From the NCBI GenBank assembly GCA_018816335.1, contig JAHIVP010000023.1, positions 1 through 58,423 of the forward strand: 58,423 nt of DNA, read 5' to 3'. Both the position numbers and the translations under genes were made by a program. Origin of the DNA: Nanobdellota archaeon. GTDB taxonomy: Archaea > Nanobdellota > Nanobdellia > Pacearchaeales > GW2011-AR1. Shown here one piece after another: positions 1-10,251 of this stretch. Position 1 is the first letter of the stretch, and each line of letters starts with the position of its first letter. Below the pieces are notes generated by a model. It made no database searches, was not told where the DNA came from, and saw only the letters and a program-made list of their open reading frames with translations.

Positions 1-1
1 A

Positions 2-433
2 GCTAAGAAAGCTGAAAAGAAGAAAGTTGTAAAAGTTAAAAGAGGAGGTTCTTCATTAGCTGTAGGTAGAGGTGTGTTGGCTGGGATTTTGTTGTGGGTT
101 TTGATTTTTGTTGAGGTTTCTATTGTTTTGTTTGTGTTTAAATTAGGAGCTGGAAGTTTATGGTATTTAATTGTGCATTATGCTTTGCTTGCAATTATAA
201 TTGGGGTTGCTGCTAATTTTTATTTTAATAAAAGAAGTGTTAAGCCAAATGCTAAAACTGGTTTGTTGTTAGGTTTGGTTATGGTTGTAGTTGCTGTTGT
301 TTTAGATATTTTGATAACTGTTCCTGCTTTTATTGGTGGTGATTATTCTTTATTTTTTAATGATCCTTCTATGTTGGCGGGGTTGGTGGAGGTTGTTATT
401 ATTTCTATGTTGATGGGTGTGGTTAGGAAGTAG
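2..433 (+). CDS. Integral membrane protein, 5'-truncated by the window edge
   Basis: Frame is open from base 2 (AKKAEKKKVVKVKRGG...) into the 74..433 ORF; about 4 hydrophobic segments. Confidence 0.75.
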   Translation, partial: AKKAEKKKVVKVKRGGSSLAVGRGVLAGILLWVLIFVEVSIVLFVFKLGAGSLWYLIVHYALLAIIIGVAANFYFNKRSVKPNAKTGLLLGLVMVVVAVVLDILITVPAFIGGDYSLFFNDPSMLAGLVEVVIISMLMGVVRK

Positions 434-443
434 AGTTTGTTTA

Positions 444-530
444 CCACCCCAGACAAAATCAGCTCGTTGCTCGCTGATTTTGTTTTTAGGAGATTATTAA
501 TTGAAAGAAATTTTTGATTTTAGTTGGTTT
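444..530 (-). repeat. Oriented hairpin repeat family A, GA/GA subtype
   Basis: CCACCCC, 11-bp stem ACAAAATCAGC/GCTGATTTTGT around TCGTTGCTC, then the TTAGGAGATTATTAATTG tail. Confidence 0.8.
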
Positions 531-595
531 TTATAATTATTAATTCTTAGAATATCAGTTTTCGTCAGCTAATTCCTAACCACGCTCGCTTTGAT

Positions 596-3500
596 TTAAA
601 GTTCTCCATTCCCATTAATAATTTCACTTTCTTGTACCCTCGCTAAATCAGAAACTTTATCACCTTCTTGCAACTTAACAATTCTAACTCCTTGAGTTGC
701 CCTGCCCATTATTCTTAATTGTCTAACTTGTGTTCTAATAACTATTCCTTTTGATGTTGAAACAATTATGTCATCTTTTTCTGCAACTGAAACTGTTGTA
801 ACTACTGGGCCTGTTTTTGATGAGACTTTGAGATTGATTACTCCTTTTCCAGCACGTCCTGTTAATCTGTAAGAATCTTTTTCAGAACGTTTTCCATAAC
901 CTTTTTCTGTGATTGTAAGAACTGTGTTTTTTGATTCAGGGTTTAATATTTCTAAAGATATAACTTCATCCCCTGCTCCTAATTTTATTCCTGTGACTCC
1001 GTAAGAAGCCCGACCCATTGGACGAACTGCTGGAGATTTGAAGTGTATTGCTTGTCCTTTTTTTGTTACTAATAATGTTTCATCATTATCTTTGATTATT
1101 TTTACATCTATTAGTTCGTCGGAATTGTCCATAGGTAGATTAATTGCTTTAACACCTGAAGCTCTTGGTTTTGATAATTGTGCTAGAGGAAGTTTTTTTA
1201 CTATTCCTTTTTTAGTTGCAAACATTAGGTGGTCTTCAAATTTTCTAATTGAGATTACTGATTGGACTTCTTCATCTTTTAGGTTTAGTAAGTTGATTAA
1301 AGCTTTTCCTTTACTGTATTTTTCTGCTGCAGGAATTTCGTGAGCTTTTAGCCAGTAAACTTTTCCTTTTGATGTGAATAAAAGTAAGTAGTCGTGAGTT
1401 GAGCAAGTTAGTAATTGTTTTACAAAATCTCCTGTTGATAAATCTGAACCTATTACTCCTTTGCCTCCTCTTTTTTGTTCTCTGTAGTTTTTCACGTCGA
1501 TTCTTTTGCAGTATCCTTTATCTGTTATTGTAATTACAACATCTTTTTTTTGAACTAAATCTTGTTCTTTTATTTCTGAAAGTTTTCCAATTATTTTTGT
1601 TCTTCTTTCATCTCCGTATTTTCTTTTTATTTCTGAGATATCTTTTTTAATTAAACTTAGAACTTCTTGTATACTTCCTAAGATTTTTTGTAGTTCTTTT
1701 ATTCTTGCTTCTAGGTCTGATTTTTCTTTTTTTAGTTTGTCTGCTTCTAATCCTGTTAAATTTGATAGTTTCATATCTAAGATTGCTTGAGCTTGGTTTC
1801 TTGTTAAAGAGAATTTCTTTACTAAATTTTCTAGAGCAAGAGTTGGGTTTTTGCTAGCTTTGATTAGCTTTACAATTTCATCAATGTGTTGAAGTGCTTT
1901 TAGTAAGCCAAGAACAATTTCTAGACGAGCCTCTGCTTTTTTTAGTTCAAACTTTGATCTTTTTGTGATTACTATTCTTCTGTGTTTGATATATTCTTCA
2001 AGAATCATTTTTAGATTTAGAACTCTTGGTTTTCCTGCAACTAGAGCAATCATGTTTGCATTAAAATTGTCTTGTAATCTTGTGTTTTTGTAGATTCTGT
2101 TTAATGTGAATTTTTCTCCTGCTCCTTTTCTTAATTCTATAACTATTCTTATTTTTCCTTTTGCTGATTCATCTCTTATATCTGAAACATCTGGAAGTTT
2201 TTTATCTTGAGCAAGTTTTGCAATTTGTATAATTAAATCTGATTTGTTTAACATGTATGGAATTTCTGTGATTATTATTTTTGTTCTTCCTTTTGATTCT
2301 TCTGTTGTTGTTCTTCCCCTCATTACAATTCTTCCTTTTCCTGTTTTGTACATATCAATAATTCCTTCTGATGTTATTGAAGCTCCTGTTGGAAAGTCTG
2401 GACCTGTTACTACATTTGCTAGTTTTTCAATTGTTATGTCTGGCTTGTCAATTAGTTTTGTAATTGCATCACAAACTTCTGTTAGATTGTGAGGAGGGAT
2501 GTTTGTTGCCATTCCTACTGCAATTCCTGATGCTCCGTTGATTAGTAAGTTTGGAAGTTTTCCTGGAAGTACTTCTGGTTCTTTTAGAGAGTTGTCGAAG
2601 TTAGGTAACATTTTTACTGTTTCTTTATCTAAATCTTGAAGTAGTTCAGATGAGATAGATGCTAGTTTTGCTTCTGTATTATGACTAATAAATCCCCCAG
2701 AGATAAAAGAATGACAATCACTATCAACTTTTATGGAGTAGACCTTTTGTATTCCAGCTTTTTCAATTTTAGATACTTTATCAAATAAATATTGGTAAGT
2801 TAAGAAATATTCAAATATTGAGGAATAATCTTCTCCTGTTTTTTGTTTTAAAATTTGACAAACTTTTTGATAATTAGAACCCATAGAAGAATATCTATCA
2901 AAGTTATTAGTTGAAATAAATTTAGAATTGTCAATTTCTCTGATAAAATCGGATATAAAAGGAACATAATCTGTTAAAGAGCTATCTTTTTTATAATTTA
3001 AAATTACTAATTCTAATTTTTTGTTTTTCTTTTCAAAAAGAAACCCTATATCTTTATAGAATCTAAATACATTTCTTTTTCCTCTGAGATATAATTTATG
3101 GATTAATTTGTATTTATCATATCTTTTTGTAGCATCAATTCCAAATCTTAATAACAATATTTGTAAAGTGTCAATGAGCTTCTCACTTTTTGAACAGCAA
3201 CTTAATTCAATCATTTTTCTAGAAAAACTAATACTTCCATCTCCTTCAAAATAAGCTCTTAAAAATTCTTTAACAATATTTTTCGGGGACTCTAATATTA
3301 ATTGAGAGATTTCTTTTCCAGCAGAATTTATAGTTAATAATCCTATGTTTCTAAGAAATTCAATTGTATATCTACAATGACATTCTAATCTAAAATAAGA
3401 AAGTTTACCATAAGAAGAAGGTTCTTTTTTGAATTTATGTAGTTTACTATCTGGGAAAGTATTGTTCCATTTATTTTTAAATTCTTGTATCCATTTAATA

Positions 3501-4441
3501 TCAGAATTACAAAATTCAATTTTATTTTTCCCTATATATGCTTCTGAAACTAAACTTCCTAGAATAAATGCTAAATCTTCATCTAATTTTTTTGGAAGAA
3601 TTCTTTTTTTACTTCTATTATCTTTTAAATTTGGGTAAAATCTTTTAAGATCAATGTTGTTTTTTGGAAAGAAATTATCTGTTAATCTATCTAAAACAAC
3701 AATATCTCCTTCTTTAATTTTTTCTAATAACTTCCAGCAAAATACTGGTTTTCCATAAGAATTTTTTGTTAATATTAATAATGGATGATTATAACTTCCT
3801 GTAATGGAGTAGCCCTTGTTTGTAGTTAATTTTAATGTTTCATGTTTTCCAGAATCAAACCATTTAGAAGCATTATTTAATTTTTTGTCTTTACTGAGAA
3901 TTTTTAGGTTGATGTTTTCTTTATTTGAAATTTTATCAATTCTTTTTAAACCTTTTTCTGTTACAATTAAAGAATCTCCTGCTACACAATATCTCATTGC
4001 AGCTTGGGGGTCTCCGTCAACTGATCCGAAATTTCCTTGTCCGTGAATTAAAGGGTATCTTAAAGAGAAATTTTGAGCCATTCTAACTAATGCGTCGTAA
4101 ACAGCTGTGTCTCCGTGAGGGTGGTATTTACCTAAAACATCTCCAACAATTCTTGCACATTTTTTTGTTGGTTTTGAATTTTGTAATCCTATTAAATTCA
4201 TTGCGTGTAAGATTCTTCTATGAACTGGCTTAAGTCCGTCTTCAACAGAAGGAAGTGCTCTTGAAACTATAACTGACATAGCATAATCTATGTAAGCTTT
4301 TTCCATTTCTCCTCTAATTTCTGCTCTGATTACTCCTTCTCCATCTCCTGGTTCAATTAGATTTTTCTGGATTTCCTTTTTTTCTTCTTGTTCTATTTCT
4401 TTATCTAGATTTCCATTTTCTTCTGGTTGTTTTGGTGTCAT
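596..4441 (-). CDS. gyrA: DNA gyrase subunit A (intein-containing precursor)
   Basis: YHPHGD, GQGNFGS, AAMRY|TEA catalytic Tyr, GyrA-box QKRGGKG, C-terminal beta-pinwheel repeats. Confidence 0.98.
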   Translation of the reverse strand: MTPKQPEENGNLDKEIEQEEKKEIQKNLIEPGDGEGVIRAEIRGEMEKAYIDYAMSVIVSRALPSVEDGLKPVHRRILHAMNLIGLQNSKPTKKCARIVGDVLGKYHPHGDTAVYDALVRMAQNFSLRYPLIHGQGNFGSVDGDPQAAMRYCVAGDSLIVTEKGLKRIDKISNKENINLKILSKDKKLNNASKWFDSGKHETLKLTTNKGYSITGSYNHPLLILTKNSYGKPVFCWKLLEKIKEGDIVVLDRLTDNFFPKNNIDLKRFYPNLKDNRSKKRILPKKLDEDLAFILGSLVSEAYIGKNKIEFCNSDIKWIQEFKNKWNNTFPDSKLHKFKKEPSSYGKLSYFRLECHCRYTIEFLRNIGLLTINSAGKEISQLILESPKNIVKEFLRAYFEGDGSISFSRKMIELSCCSKSEKLIDTLQILLLRFGIDATKRYDKYKLIHKLYLRGKRNVFRFYKDIGFLFEKKNKKLELVILNYKKDSSLTDYVPFISDFIREIDNSKFISTNNFDRYSSMGSNYQKVCQILKQKTGEDYSSIFEYFLTYQYLFDKVSKIEKAGIQKVYSIKVDSDCHSFISGGFISHNTEAKLASISSELLQDLDKETVKMLPNFDNSLKEPEVLPGKLPNLLINGASGIAVGMATNIPPHNLTEVCDAITKLIDKPDITIEKLANVVTGPDFPTGASITSEGIIDMYKTGKGRIVMRGRTTTEESKGRTKIIITEIPYMLNKSDLIIQIAKLAQDKKLPDVSDIRDESAKGKIRIVIELRKGAGEKFTLNRIYKNTRLQDNFNANMIALVAGKPRVLNLKMILEEYIKHRRIVITKRSKFELKKAEARLEIVLGLLKALQHIDEIVKLIKASKNPTLALENLVKKFSLTRNQAQAILDMKLSNLTGLEADKLKKEKSDLEARIKELQKILGSIQEVLSLIKKDISEIKRKYGDERRTKIIGKLSEIKEQDLVQKKDVVITITDKGYCKRIDVKNYREQKRGGKGVIGSDLSTGDFVKQLLTCSTHDYLLLFTSKGKVYWLKAHEIPAAEKYSKGKALINLLNLKDEEVQSVISIRKFEDHLMFATKKGIVKKLPLAQLSKPRASGVKAINLPMDNSDELIDVKIIKDNDETLLVTKKGQAIHFKSPAVRPMGRASYGVTGIKLGAGDEVISLEILNPESKNTVLTITEKGYGKRSEKDSYRLTGRAGKGVINLKVSSKTGPVVTTVSVAEKDDIIVSTSKGIVIRTQVRQLRIMGRATQGVRIVKLQEGDKVSDLARVQESEIINGNGEL
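2678..3988 (-). mobile_element. Intein with LAGLIDADG homing endonuclease (437 aa) in GyrA
   Basis: Starts CVAGDS directly after the catalytic Tyr and ends SHN before T; block [13 protein letters not shown], block [11 protein letters not shown]; codon usage differs from the exteins. Confidence 0.95.
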
Positions 4442-4483
4442 TTTTCTTAGTATTATATTTTTCTTATTTATTATTTAATTTAT

Positions 4484-4798
4484 CTATACATCTATACTGT
4501 AAGGTGGACATTGGTATTTTGAACACTTCAATAATCTTGAGGTATATTGATTTTGTGTTTCATTCAAACAAAAGTCACCTACAACTTCAAATCCTTCTGG
4601 ACAAACAATATGGTTTCTTTCTATACATTCGCAGTTTTCGATTAACCAGTCTTTATCTGGTTTGCAAAACTCATCTTTGTCTATGTCATCTTGGTCTGAT
4701 ATTTGTTCAGATAGATTTCTGTTTTCATTGTAGAGATAGATAGCTGCTATTACTAGAACTACTATCAATCCAATGTAGATTAGTTTATTGTTTTTCAT
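4484..4798 (-). CDS. Small membrane-anchored Cys-rich protein
   Basis: MKNNKLIYIGLIVVLVIAA anchor and several Cys; start moved to ATG 4798 because the longer ORF overlaps a tRNA. Confidence 0.7.
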   Translation of the reverse strand: MKNNKLIYIGLIVVLVIAAIYLYNENRNLSEQISDQDDIDKDEFCKPDKDWLIENCECIERNHIVCPEGFEVVGDFCLNETQNQYTSRLLKCSKYQCPPYSIDV

Positions 4799-4820
4799 TT
4801 TAAATAGTAAATGTAAAGTG

Positions 4821-4918
4821 CGCCGGGTGCGGGATTTCCGTTGAAAAATTCGAACCCACAAAGTCGCTAGACTTCCAGTTTTTCAAACTGGTGTGTATAC
4901 CAATTCCACCAACCCGGC
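4821..4918 (-). tRNA. Long-variable-arm (Ser-like) tRNA with GAA anticodon and 14-nt intron at 59/60 (4835-4848)
   Basis: GCCGGGT/ACCCGGC acceptor, G discriminator, anticodon arm CCAGT-TTGAAAA-ACTGG, variable arm AAGTC-TAGC-GACTT, T-arm GTGGG..CCCGC with BHB TTCG/CGGA; TATA-like box about 25 bp upstream. Confidence 0.85.
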
Positions 4919-4964
4919 TTTGCACAACACCCAAAGATTTATATAATCTTAGAGCATTTTTGTA

Positions 4965-5011
4965 ACATAAGTTCGCTAGACTTTTGTGTATGCCAATTCC
5001 ATTGAACCTGC
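4965..5011 (-). pseudogene. Degenerate partial copy of the adjacent tRNA lacking the anticodon arm
   Basis: AAGTTCGCTAGACTT-T-TGTGTATGCCAATTCCA aligns to tRNA AAGTCGCTAGACTT-[17-nt anticodon arm]-TGTGTATACCAATTCCA. Confidence 0.65.
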
Positions 5012-5154
5012 ACTTTATCATTGTGGTTTTTTCTTTATTTATTAATATTTGTTTTGGTGTCATTTTGATAATTAGTGTATAAGTTTTGAAATTTTTGTAC
5101 CATACAAATAACCCCCCCACCCACCCTTATTTATGGTGCAAAAATTTAAATTAT

Positions 5155-5427
5155 TTATTCTAAACCTCCATAATCTAATTTTTCTCCAGGATCATACTCA
5201 TAGTGATCTAATGAACTAGATTTTTTTAACCATCCTTCTTCAACTAATAATCCTAAACAATATTCTAATAGGGTTACATCTTCTGAGGATAATTTTAGTT
5301 GTTCACTTAAAGTTATAAGGGTGCTATCAAATGCTTTTCCTTCTTTGAATAATTTTATTATTCTTTTCTTTAGTTCTTCTATTTCAATTTTTCGAGCATC
5401 ATAACTGTTTTTTATTTCTCCTTCCAT
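5155..5427 (-). CDS. Hypothetical protein, possible winged helix
   Basis: ORF packed in the gyrB run; LGLLVEEGWL resembles a wHTH wing. Confidence 0.6.
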   Translation of the reverse strand: MEGEIKNSYDARKIEIEELKKRIIKLFKEGKAFDSTLITLSEQLKLSSEDVTLLEYCLGLLVEEGWLKKSSSLDHYEYDPGEKLDYGGLE

Positions 5428-5428
5428 C

Positions 5429-5716
5429 TTAACTTGTTTCTTCTCCTTTATCATCTAAATATTTCATAAATTCTTCTTCTGATAATTCTTCTTTTTCTGT
5501 TTCCATTCCTTCCCATTTACATTTATTGCATTTCCAGAGTCCGTTTCCTCCAACTACCATTACAACATCATCACTTTTACATTCAGGGCATCTTCGAATA
5601 TTAAATGTTTTTCCTGTTTTTTTTTCTTTGGTTATACCTTTAGATTTGTTGTATTCTTCTAGGGAATCAAATCCTTGTATTATCCATTCTGGTGTTGCTA
5701 GTTTATTTTTTGGCAT
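5429..5716 (-). CDS. Zinc-ribbon protein
   Basis: CPEC...CNKC motif. Confidence 0.7.
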   Translation of the reverse strand: MPKNKLATPEWIIQGFDSLEEYNKSKGITKEKKTGKTFNIRRCPECKSDDVVMVVGGNGLWKCNKCKWEGMETEKEELSEEEFMKYLDDKGEETS

Positions 5717-5717
5717 T

Positions 5718-6068
5718 TTATGCTAATTTTTTTATATTATTTATTGAGATAATTATTGCTCCTTTGCAAGGTTCTTCTTTATTTTCTTCAATTGATTTAA
5801 CAAAGTCTAACCATTCTCCTTCTTCAAAATATTCTGCGGTTCCATCAATCCCATAACCTTTCCAATCTTTATTCCAAACAGCTAAACTAACTTTAGAGTT
5901 TCCTTTAATATTATTTATTGTTAAATTCATATGATTATTAGTAATAATTATTTTTTCGTTTTTAATCTTAACAAATGCTACTGCAATAACATGAGGATTT
6001 CCTTCTGAATTAACTGTTGCTAAAGCTACTGGATTTTCTTCAATTATCTTTTTAGTTTCTTCTTCCAT
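5718..6068 (-). CDS. Pyridoxamine 5'-phosphate oxidase-like FMN-binding protein
   Basis: VALATVNSEGNPH...TINNIKGNSKVSL pattern. Confidence 0.85.
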   Translation of the reverse strand: MEEETKKIIEENPVALATVNSEGNPHVIAVAFVKIKNEKIIITNNHMNLTINNIKGNSKVSLAVWNKDWKGYGIDGTAEYFEEGEWLDFVKSIEENKEEPCKGAIIISINNIKKLA

Positions 6069-6069
6069 C

Positions 6070-7956
6070 TTAAATATCAACAAGAGCTTCGTGAGCATGT
6101 TCTTGTATAAAGTGTTTTCTTAATTCAACATTATCTCCCATTAGGATTGAGAAGATTTGGTCTGCTTCAACAGCGTCTTCAATTGTGATTCTTTTTAATG
6201 TTCTTTTTTTAGGGTTCATTGTTGTGTCCCAAAGTTGTTCTGAGTCCATTTCTCCTAATCCTTTGAATCTTATTACCTCTACGTTTCCTAGTTTTGCTAT
6301 TAGTTTTTGTAGAGCATTGTCAGAATAAACATAATGGTCTTTTTTCTTTTTGACTTTATATAAAGGAGAGACAGCGACGTAGATATTTCCGTTTTCAATT
6401 AGTTGAGGCATGAATCTGAAAAAGAATGTTAGTAATAGTGTTTTAATGTGTTGTCCGTCTACATCTGCATCTGTCATGATTATTACTTTATTGTATCTTA
6501 ATTTTTCTATATTAAATTGTTCTCCAATTCCTGTTCCTATTGCTGTGATTAGGTTTGCAATTTCTTCTGATGAGAATACTTTTGCTGGTGGTGCTTTTTC
6601 AACGTTAAGAATTTTTCCTTTTAGAGGTAGTATTGCTTGTATTTCTTTGTCTCTTGCTTCTTTAGCTGTTCCACCTGCTGATTGACCTTCTACAATATAT
6701 ACTTCTGTTCTTTCTTTTTTCTTTGATGAACAGTCTGCTAATTTTCCTGGTAATCCTGAACCGCCGAAAGCTGATTTTCTTCTAACTAAATCTTTTGCTC
6801 TTTTAGCTGCTGCTCGAGCTTTAGCTGCTTCTGAAGCTTTTATTGCTATCTTTCTTGCAATTGCTGGATTTTCTTCAAAGAATTCTGATAAACATGATGA
6901 AACAATTGAATCTAAAATTCCTTTAATTTCAGAGTTTCCTAATTTTGTTTTTGTTTGTCCTTCGAATTGTGGTTCTGGAACTTTTACTGAGACTATTGCT
7001 GTTAGCCCTTCTCTGACATCGTCGCCTGTTAGATTTTCTGATTTGATTATGTTTTGTTTTTTTGAGTAGTCGTTTATTACTCTTGTTAAAGCTGTTTTGA
7101 AACCAATAATATGAGTTCCACCTTCAACTGTGTTAATTGTATTTACAAATCCAAATATGTTTTCTTGGTATGAGTTTGTATATTGAATTGCAACTTCAGC
7201 TATAATACTGTCTTGTGTTTTTTTGAAGTAGACTGGTTTGTGTATTGCTTCTTTACTTTTATTTATCCATTTAACAAATTCTTGAAGTCCTCCTTCATAA
7301 TGGAATTCTTCTTTTTTCCCTGATTTTTCATCTAATAATATTATTTTTAATCCTGCGTTTAAGAAAGCTATTTCTCTGAATCTTGTTGCGAGGACATTGA
7401 AGTCGTAGTCTGTTGTTGAGAAAATTGTGTCGTCTGCAGTGAAGTTTATTGTTGTTCCTGTTTCTGATTTTTGACAGTTTCCTACTGTTTTTATTTTGTA
7501 TTGTGTTTTTCCAATTTTGTATTCTTGTTGGTGTATTTTTCCGTTTCTTTTTACTTGTGCTATCATGTGTTTACTTAGAGCTGATACAACAGAAATTCCT
7601 ACTCCGTGGAGTCCTCCTGAGATTTGATATGCTTTTTTGTCGAATTTTCCACCTGCGTGTAGTTTTGTGATTACAACTTCTAGGGCTGGAATTTTATATT
7701 TTGGGTGTGGATCTACTGGGATACCTCTTCCATTGTCTTCGACTGTTACTGATTTATTTTTATGAAGTGTTACTTTGATTAATGTGCATGTTCCTGCTAA
7801 TGCTTCGTCTACTGAGTTGTCTACTACTTCGTATACAAGGTGATGTAAGCCATCTTTTCCTGTTGAACCTATATACATTGCAGGACGGTGTCTAACTCCT
7901 TCAAGTCCTTCTAGAACTTTTATTTCATCTGCTGAATATTTTTTTGTTTCTGGCAT
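6070..7956 (-). CDS. gyrB: DNA gyrase subunit B
   Basis: RPAMYIG, EVVDNSVDE, GGLHGVG, VEGQSA, PLKGKILN, DADVDG, RFKGLGEM; start set at MPETKK. Confidence 0.98.
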   Translation of the reverse strand: MPETKKYSADEIKVLEGLEGVRHRPAMYIGSTGKDGLHHLVYEVVDNSVDEALAGTCTLIKVTLHKNKSVTVEDNGRGIPVDPHPKYKIPALEVVITKLHAGGKFDKKAYQISGGLHGVGISVVSALSKHMIAQVKRNGKIHQQEYKIGKTQYKIKTVGNCQKSETGTTINFTADDTIFSTTDYDFNVLATRFREIAFLNAGLKIILLDEKSGKKEEFHYEGGLQEFVKWINKSKEAIHKPVYFKKTQDSIIAEVAIQYTNSYQENIFGFVNTINTVEGGTHIIGFKTALTRVINDYSKKQNIIKSENLTGDDVREGLTAIVSVKVPEPQFEGQTKTKLGNSEIKGILDSIVSSCLSEFFEENPAIARKIAIKASEAAKARAAAKRAKDLVRRKSAFGGSGLPGKLADCSSKKKERTEVYIVEGQSAGGTAKEARDKEIQAILPLKGKILNVEKAPPAKVFSSEEIANLITAIGTGIGEQFNIEKLRYNKVIIMTDADVDGQHIKTLLLTFFFRFMPQLIENGNIYVAVSPLYKVKKKKDHYVYSDNALQKLIAKLGNVEVIRFKGLGEMDSEQLWDTTMNPKKRTLKRITIEDAVEADQIFSILMGDNVELRKHFIQEHAHEALVDI

Positions 7957-8231
7957 TTTTGATTTTTTTTGCTTTTGCTTCAATATATAATTCCCTCCCA
8001 CCCTCCTATTTATGGAAGCAAAATTAATCTTTGTATTTTCAAATCAAATTAGATAATTTCCACTAAATGGCTTTAGTTTTTGCTAAAGTCAAGGTAGAAG
8101 ATTACAACCTGTTGATATGTAAAAAACAACTTTGTTTATAAAGTTTTCCCCTTGTTTTTTTTGATTTGTCGACGGTAAATGAGAAAAATAGGGGATATGT
8201 ATAGTACAGTATATATGTTGTAGTATATAGA

Positions 8232-8549
8232 TTAAAATAGGGAATGTTTATCTCTGTAATGACCTTGGACTGCGTGTTCTCCGGGGGATGTTAGTAAATA
8301 TTTTGCTTGTCGAGGGTCATATTTTGCAAATTCTAGGAATTCTAGTGTTTTTATTGTATCTGTAATATCTCCTGGTTTCCAGTTTCTATTTGATCTTTTT
8401 GATACTTTTTTTAAAAGTTCTGTTGATCCTAAAGGTCCGTGTTCATAAAGTGTTTTTGCTACATGGGTTATTCTTTTTCTTACTTCTCTATCTTGAATTC
8501 CTTCGTCTTTTAAATGTTTAGAAAATCCATCTTTTTTTTGTTTAGACAT
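8232..8549 (-). CDS. Hypothetical protein, likely winged-helix DNA-binding
   Basis: LYEHGPLGSTEL...YLLTSPGE wHTH-like pattern. Confidence 0.55.
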   Translation of the reverse strand: MSKQKKDGFSKHLKDEGIQDREVRKRITHVAKTLYEHGPLGSTELLKKVSKRSNRNWKPGDITDTIKTLEFLEFAKYDPRQAKYLLTSPGEHAVQGHYRDKHSLF

Positions 8550-8602
8550 AACACAAAGAAATAATTTTTGTTTATAATGATTTATATTGTGAGAAATATA
8601 TT

Positions 8603-8824
8603 TTAATTTTCAGAATCAGATTTTTCTTGTTTTTGTTGTTCGAGTTTGCTTGATTTTATACTGTGGAATGTTTCTGTCCATTTTACTTTTTTTGATTTTC
8701 TTAGATTGTTGTTTTTTTTACATTTGCCTGAACATAAATATGTTATTTTTCCTGTTGCACTATTTACTAAAGTAAGTCCTTTGTGCTGTTCATAATCTTT
8801 TCCGCAGAATGTACATTTAGGCAT
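8603..8824 (-). CDS. rpl24e: 50S ribosomal protein L24e
   Basis: MPKCTFCG...LCSGKC...KVKWT. Confidence 0.92.
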   Translation of the reverse strand: MPKCTFCGKDYEQHKGLTLVNSATGKITYLCSGKCKKNNNLRKSKKVKWTETFHSIKSSKLEQQKQEKSDSEN

Positions 8825-8892
8825 TTTCAAAATTTTCCATTATATTTATTTTGAAGATGTCCAGAAAATGAACTTGTGAATTTTTTGGCATT

Positions 8893-9174
8893 TTATTTTA
8901 TTCCTCCGTATGGATGTGTTCTTGAAGACTCTGATGCTTGAGTTATTGCTCTTCCTACTTTATATAAAAAAGCAACTAAAGGAACTCCAACATAGTCTCT
9001 CATAAGTTCTCCGAATCTTGATAAATTTGATTCGTCAACTTGAACTTTTTTTAATCTTGGAGATGATTCAAAATGTCCATCACTTGATAATCTTCCTGAT
9101 CTTATACTTCCTTTACTCCAGTCTTTTGAAAGACTATCTAGTGTTTGACTTAATCCTCTGTTTTTACCTTTCAT
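8893..9174 (-). CDS. Hypothetical protein inside the L7Ae-S28e-L24e cluster
   Basis: ORF starts 2 bp after the rps28e stop; no family recognised. Confidence 0.55.
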   Translation of the reverse strand: MKGKNRGLSQTLDSLSKDWSKGSIRSGRLSSDGHFESSPRLKKVQVDESNLSRFGELMRDYVGVPLVAFLYKVGRAITQASESSRTHPYGGIK

Positions 9175-9175
9175 C

Positions 9176-9466
9176 TTAACTAAACGCTCCTTTTGAAACT
9201 GATGATTTAATTCTTCTTGCTTCAATTTGAGTTTCTCTTAACATTAAAATATCTTTTAATCTTATTGGACCTTTGACATTTCGTCTCATTAATTTTCCTT
9301 TATCATTTCCTTGAAGAATTCTACATCTGATTTGTGTGATTTCTCCTCTGAAACCTGTTCGTCCAACTATATTTTCAACAACTGCTGGAACTGCTGTTCC
9401 GACTATACTTTCAGCTCCTTTTGTTGATTCTTTATTTCCTTGCTTAACTTTTTGTTCTCTTGCCAT
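9176..9466 (-). CDS. rps28e: 30S ribosomal protein S28e
   Basis: [22 protein letters not shown]. Confidence 0.95.
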   Translation of the reverse strand: MAREQKVKQGNKESTKGAESIVGTAVPAVVENIVGRTGFRGEITQIRCRILQGNDKGKLMRRNVKGPIRLKDILMLRETQIEARRIKSSVSKGAFS

Positions 9467-9481
9467 GTTAATTTATTTAAA

Positions 9482-9763
9482 CTATTTTTTAGGTTGTTCT
9501 TTTTCAACAACTGCTATTGCTGAGCATGGAATGTTTATTCCTGCTGAAATTCCTAATTTTTGTTTGCTGTCGACTTCTCCTAACTTCACTCCTTTTTCTT
9601 TGCATAATGGTGCAATGTGAGCTATGATTTCTTTAGGTTCGACATCTTGAGCAACAACTACAAGTTTAGCTGTGCCTCTTTCTATGGCTTTAGTAACTTC
9701 GTTAATACCTTTTTCAATTTTTCCGGTTTTCTTTGCTTTATCTATTTCTATGTAAAAATCCAT
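9482..9763 (-). CDS. rpl7ae: Ribosomal protein L7Ae
   Basis: KGINEVTKAIERG..LVVVAQDVEP..LGISAG. Confidence 0.93.
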   Translation of the reverse strand: MDFYIEIDKAKKTGKIEKGINEVTKAIERGTAKLVVVAQDVEPKEIIAHIAPLCKEKGVKLGEVDSKQKLGISAGINIPCSAIAVVEKEQPKK

Positions 9764-9911
9764 TTTGTTATATATTGAGAATAAATTAATATCCTCCTCC
9801 AAATTTAATTTGGTTCATTGGATAATATGTTATTTGAATTTTGGTTTATAAAGTTATCGCCAAGAAACATAAGTAATAAAAATTTATAAATGGAACTCTC
9901 AATGATTGATC

Positions 9912-10238
9912 ATGGTAACCGAAGCTTTATTAAAGAAAAGTAGAGAATTTTCTAGAGACTCTCATGGAACAACTAGTCAATTGCTAGTTTTTGTTAAAAC
10001 AATGCAGGAATTAAAGGATTTAGAAAATTTAGCAGATACATTTGAGGATGGGAATCCAAGTATAAGGAGTGAGTTAATACAAAAACACTTTTTTGTAGCT
10101 ATTGATATTGAACAGGCGTCTGGGTGGGTAGAATCTGAAGACTGGGGGATGCCTAAACATTATGCAATTTTATATGGTTATGCTGCTGAAAGATTAGCTG
10201 AGTTTGAAAGAAAATATAATTCTCTATTACAAATTTAA
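9912..10238 (+). CDS. Hypothetical protein
   Basis: Standalone ORF with TATA-like TTTATAAA upstream. Confidence 0.6.
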   Translation: MVTEALLKKSREFSRDSHGTTSQLLVFVKTMQELKDLENLADTFEDGNPSIRSELIQKHFFVAIDIEQASGWVESEDWGMPKHYAILYGYAAERLAEFERKYNSLLQI

Positions 10239-10251
10239 TTTCTTTAGTTAG

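Noticed and set aside
4800-5120. 106-aa ORF
   Set aside because: Overlaps the tRNA and its ghost copy; the repeated GIGIH merely reflects that duplication
596-8001. Genome-wide reassignment of Phe codons to Ser
   Set aside because: Conserved Phe residues in GyrA, GyrB and others are encoded by TTC/TTT, and conserved Ser by ordinary Ser codons
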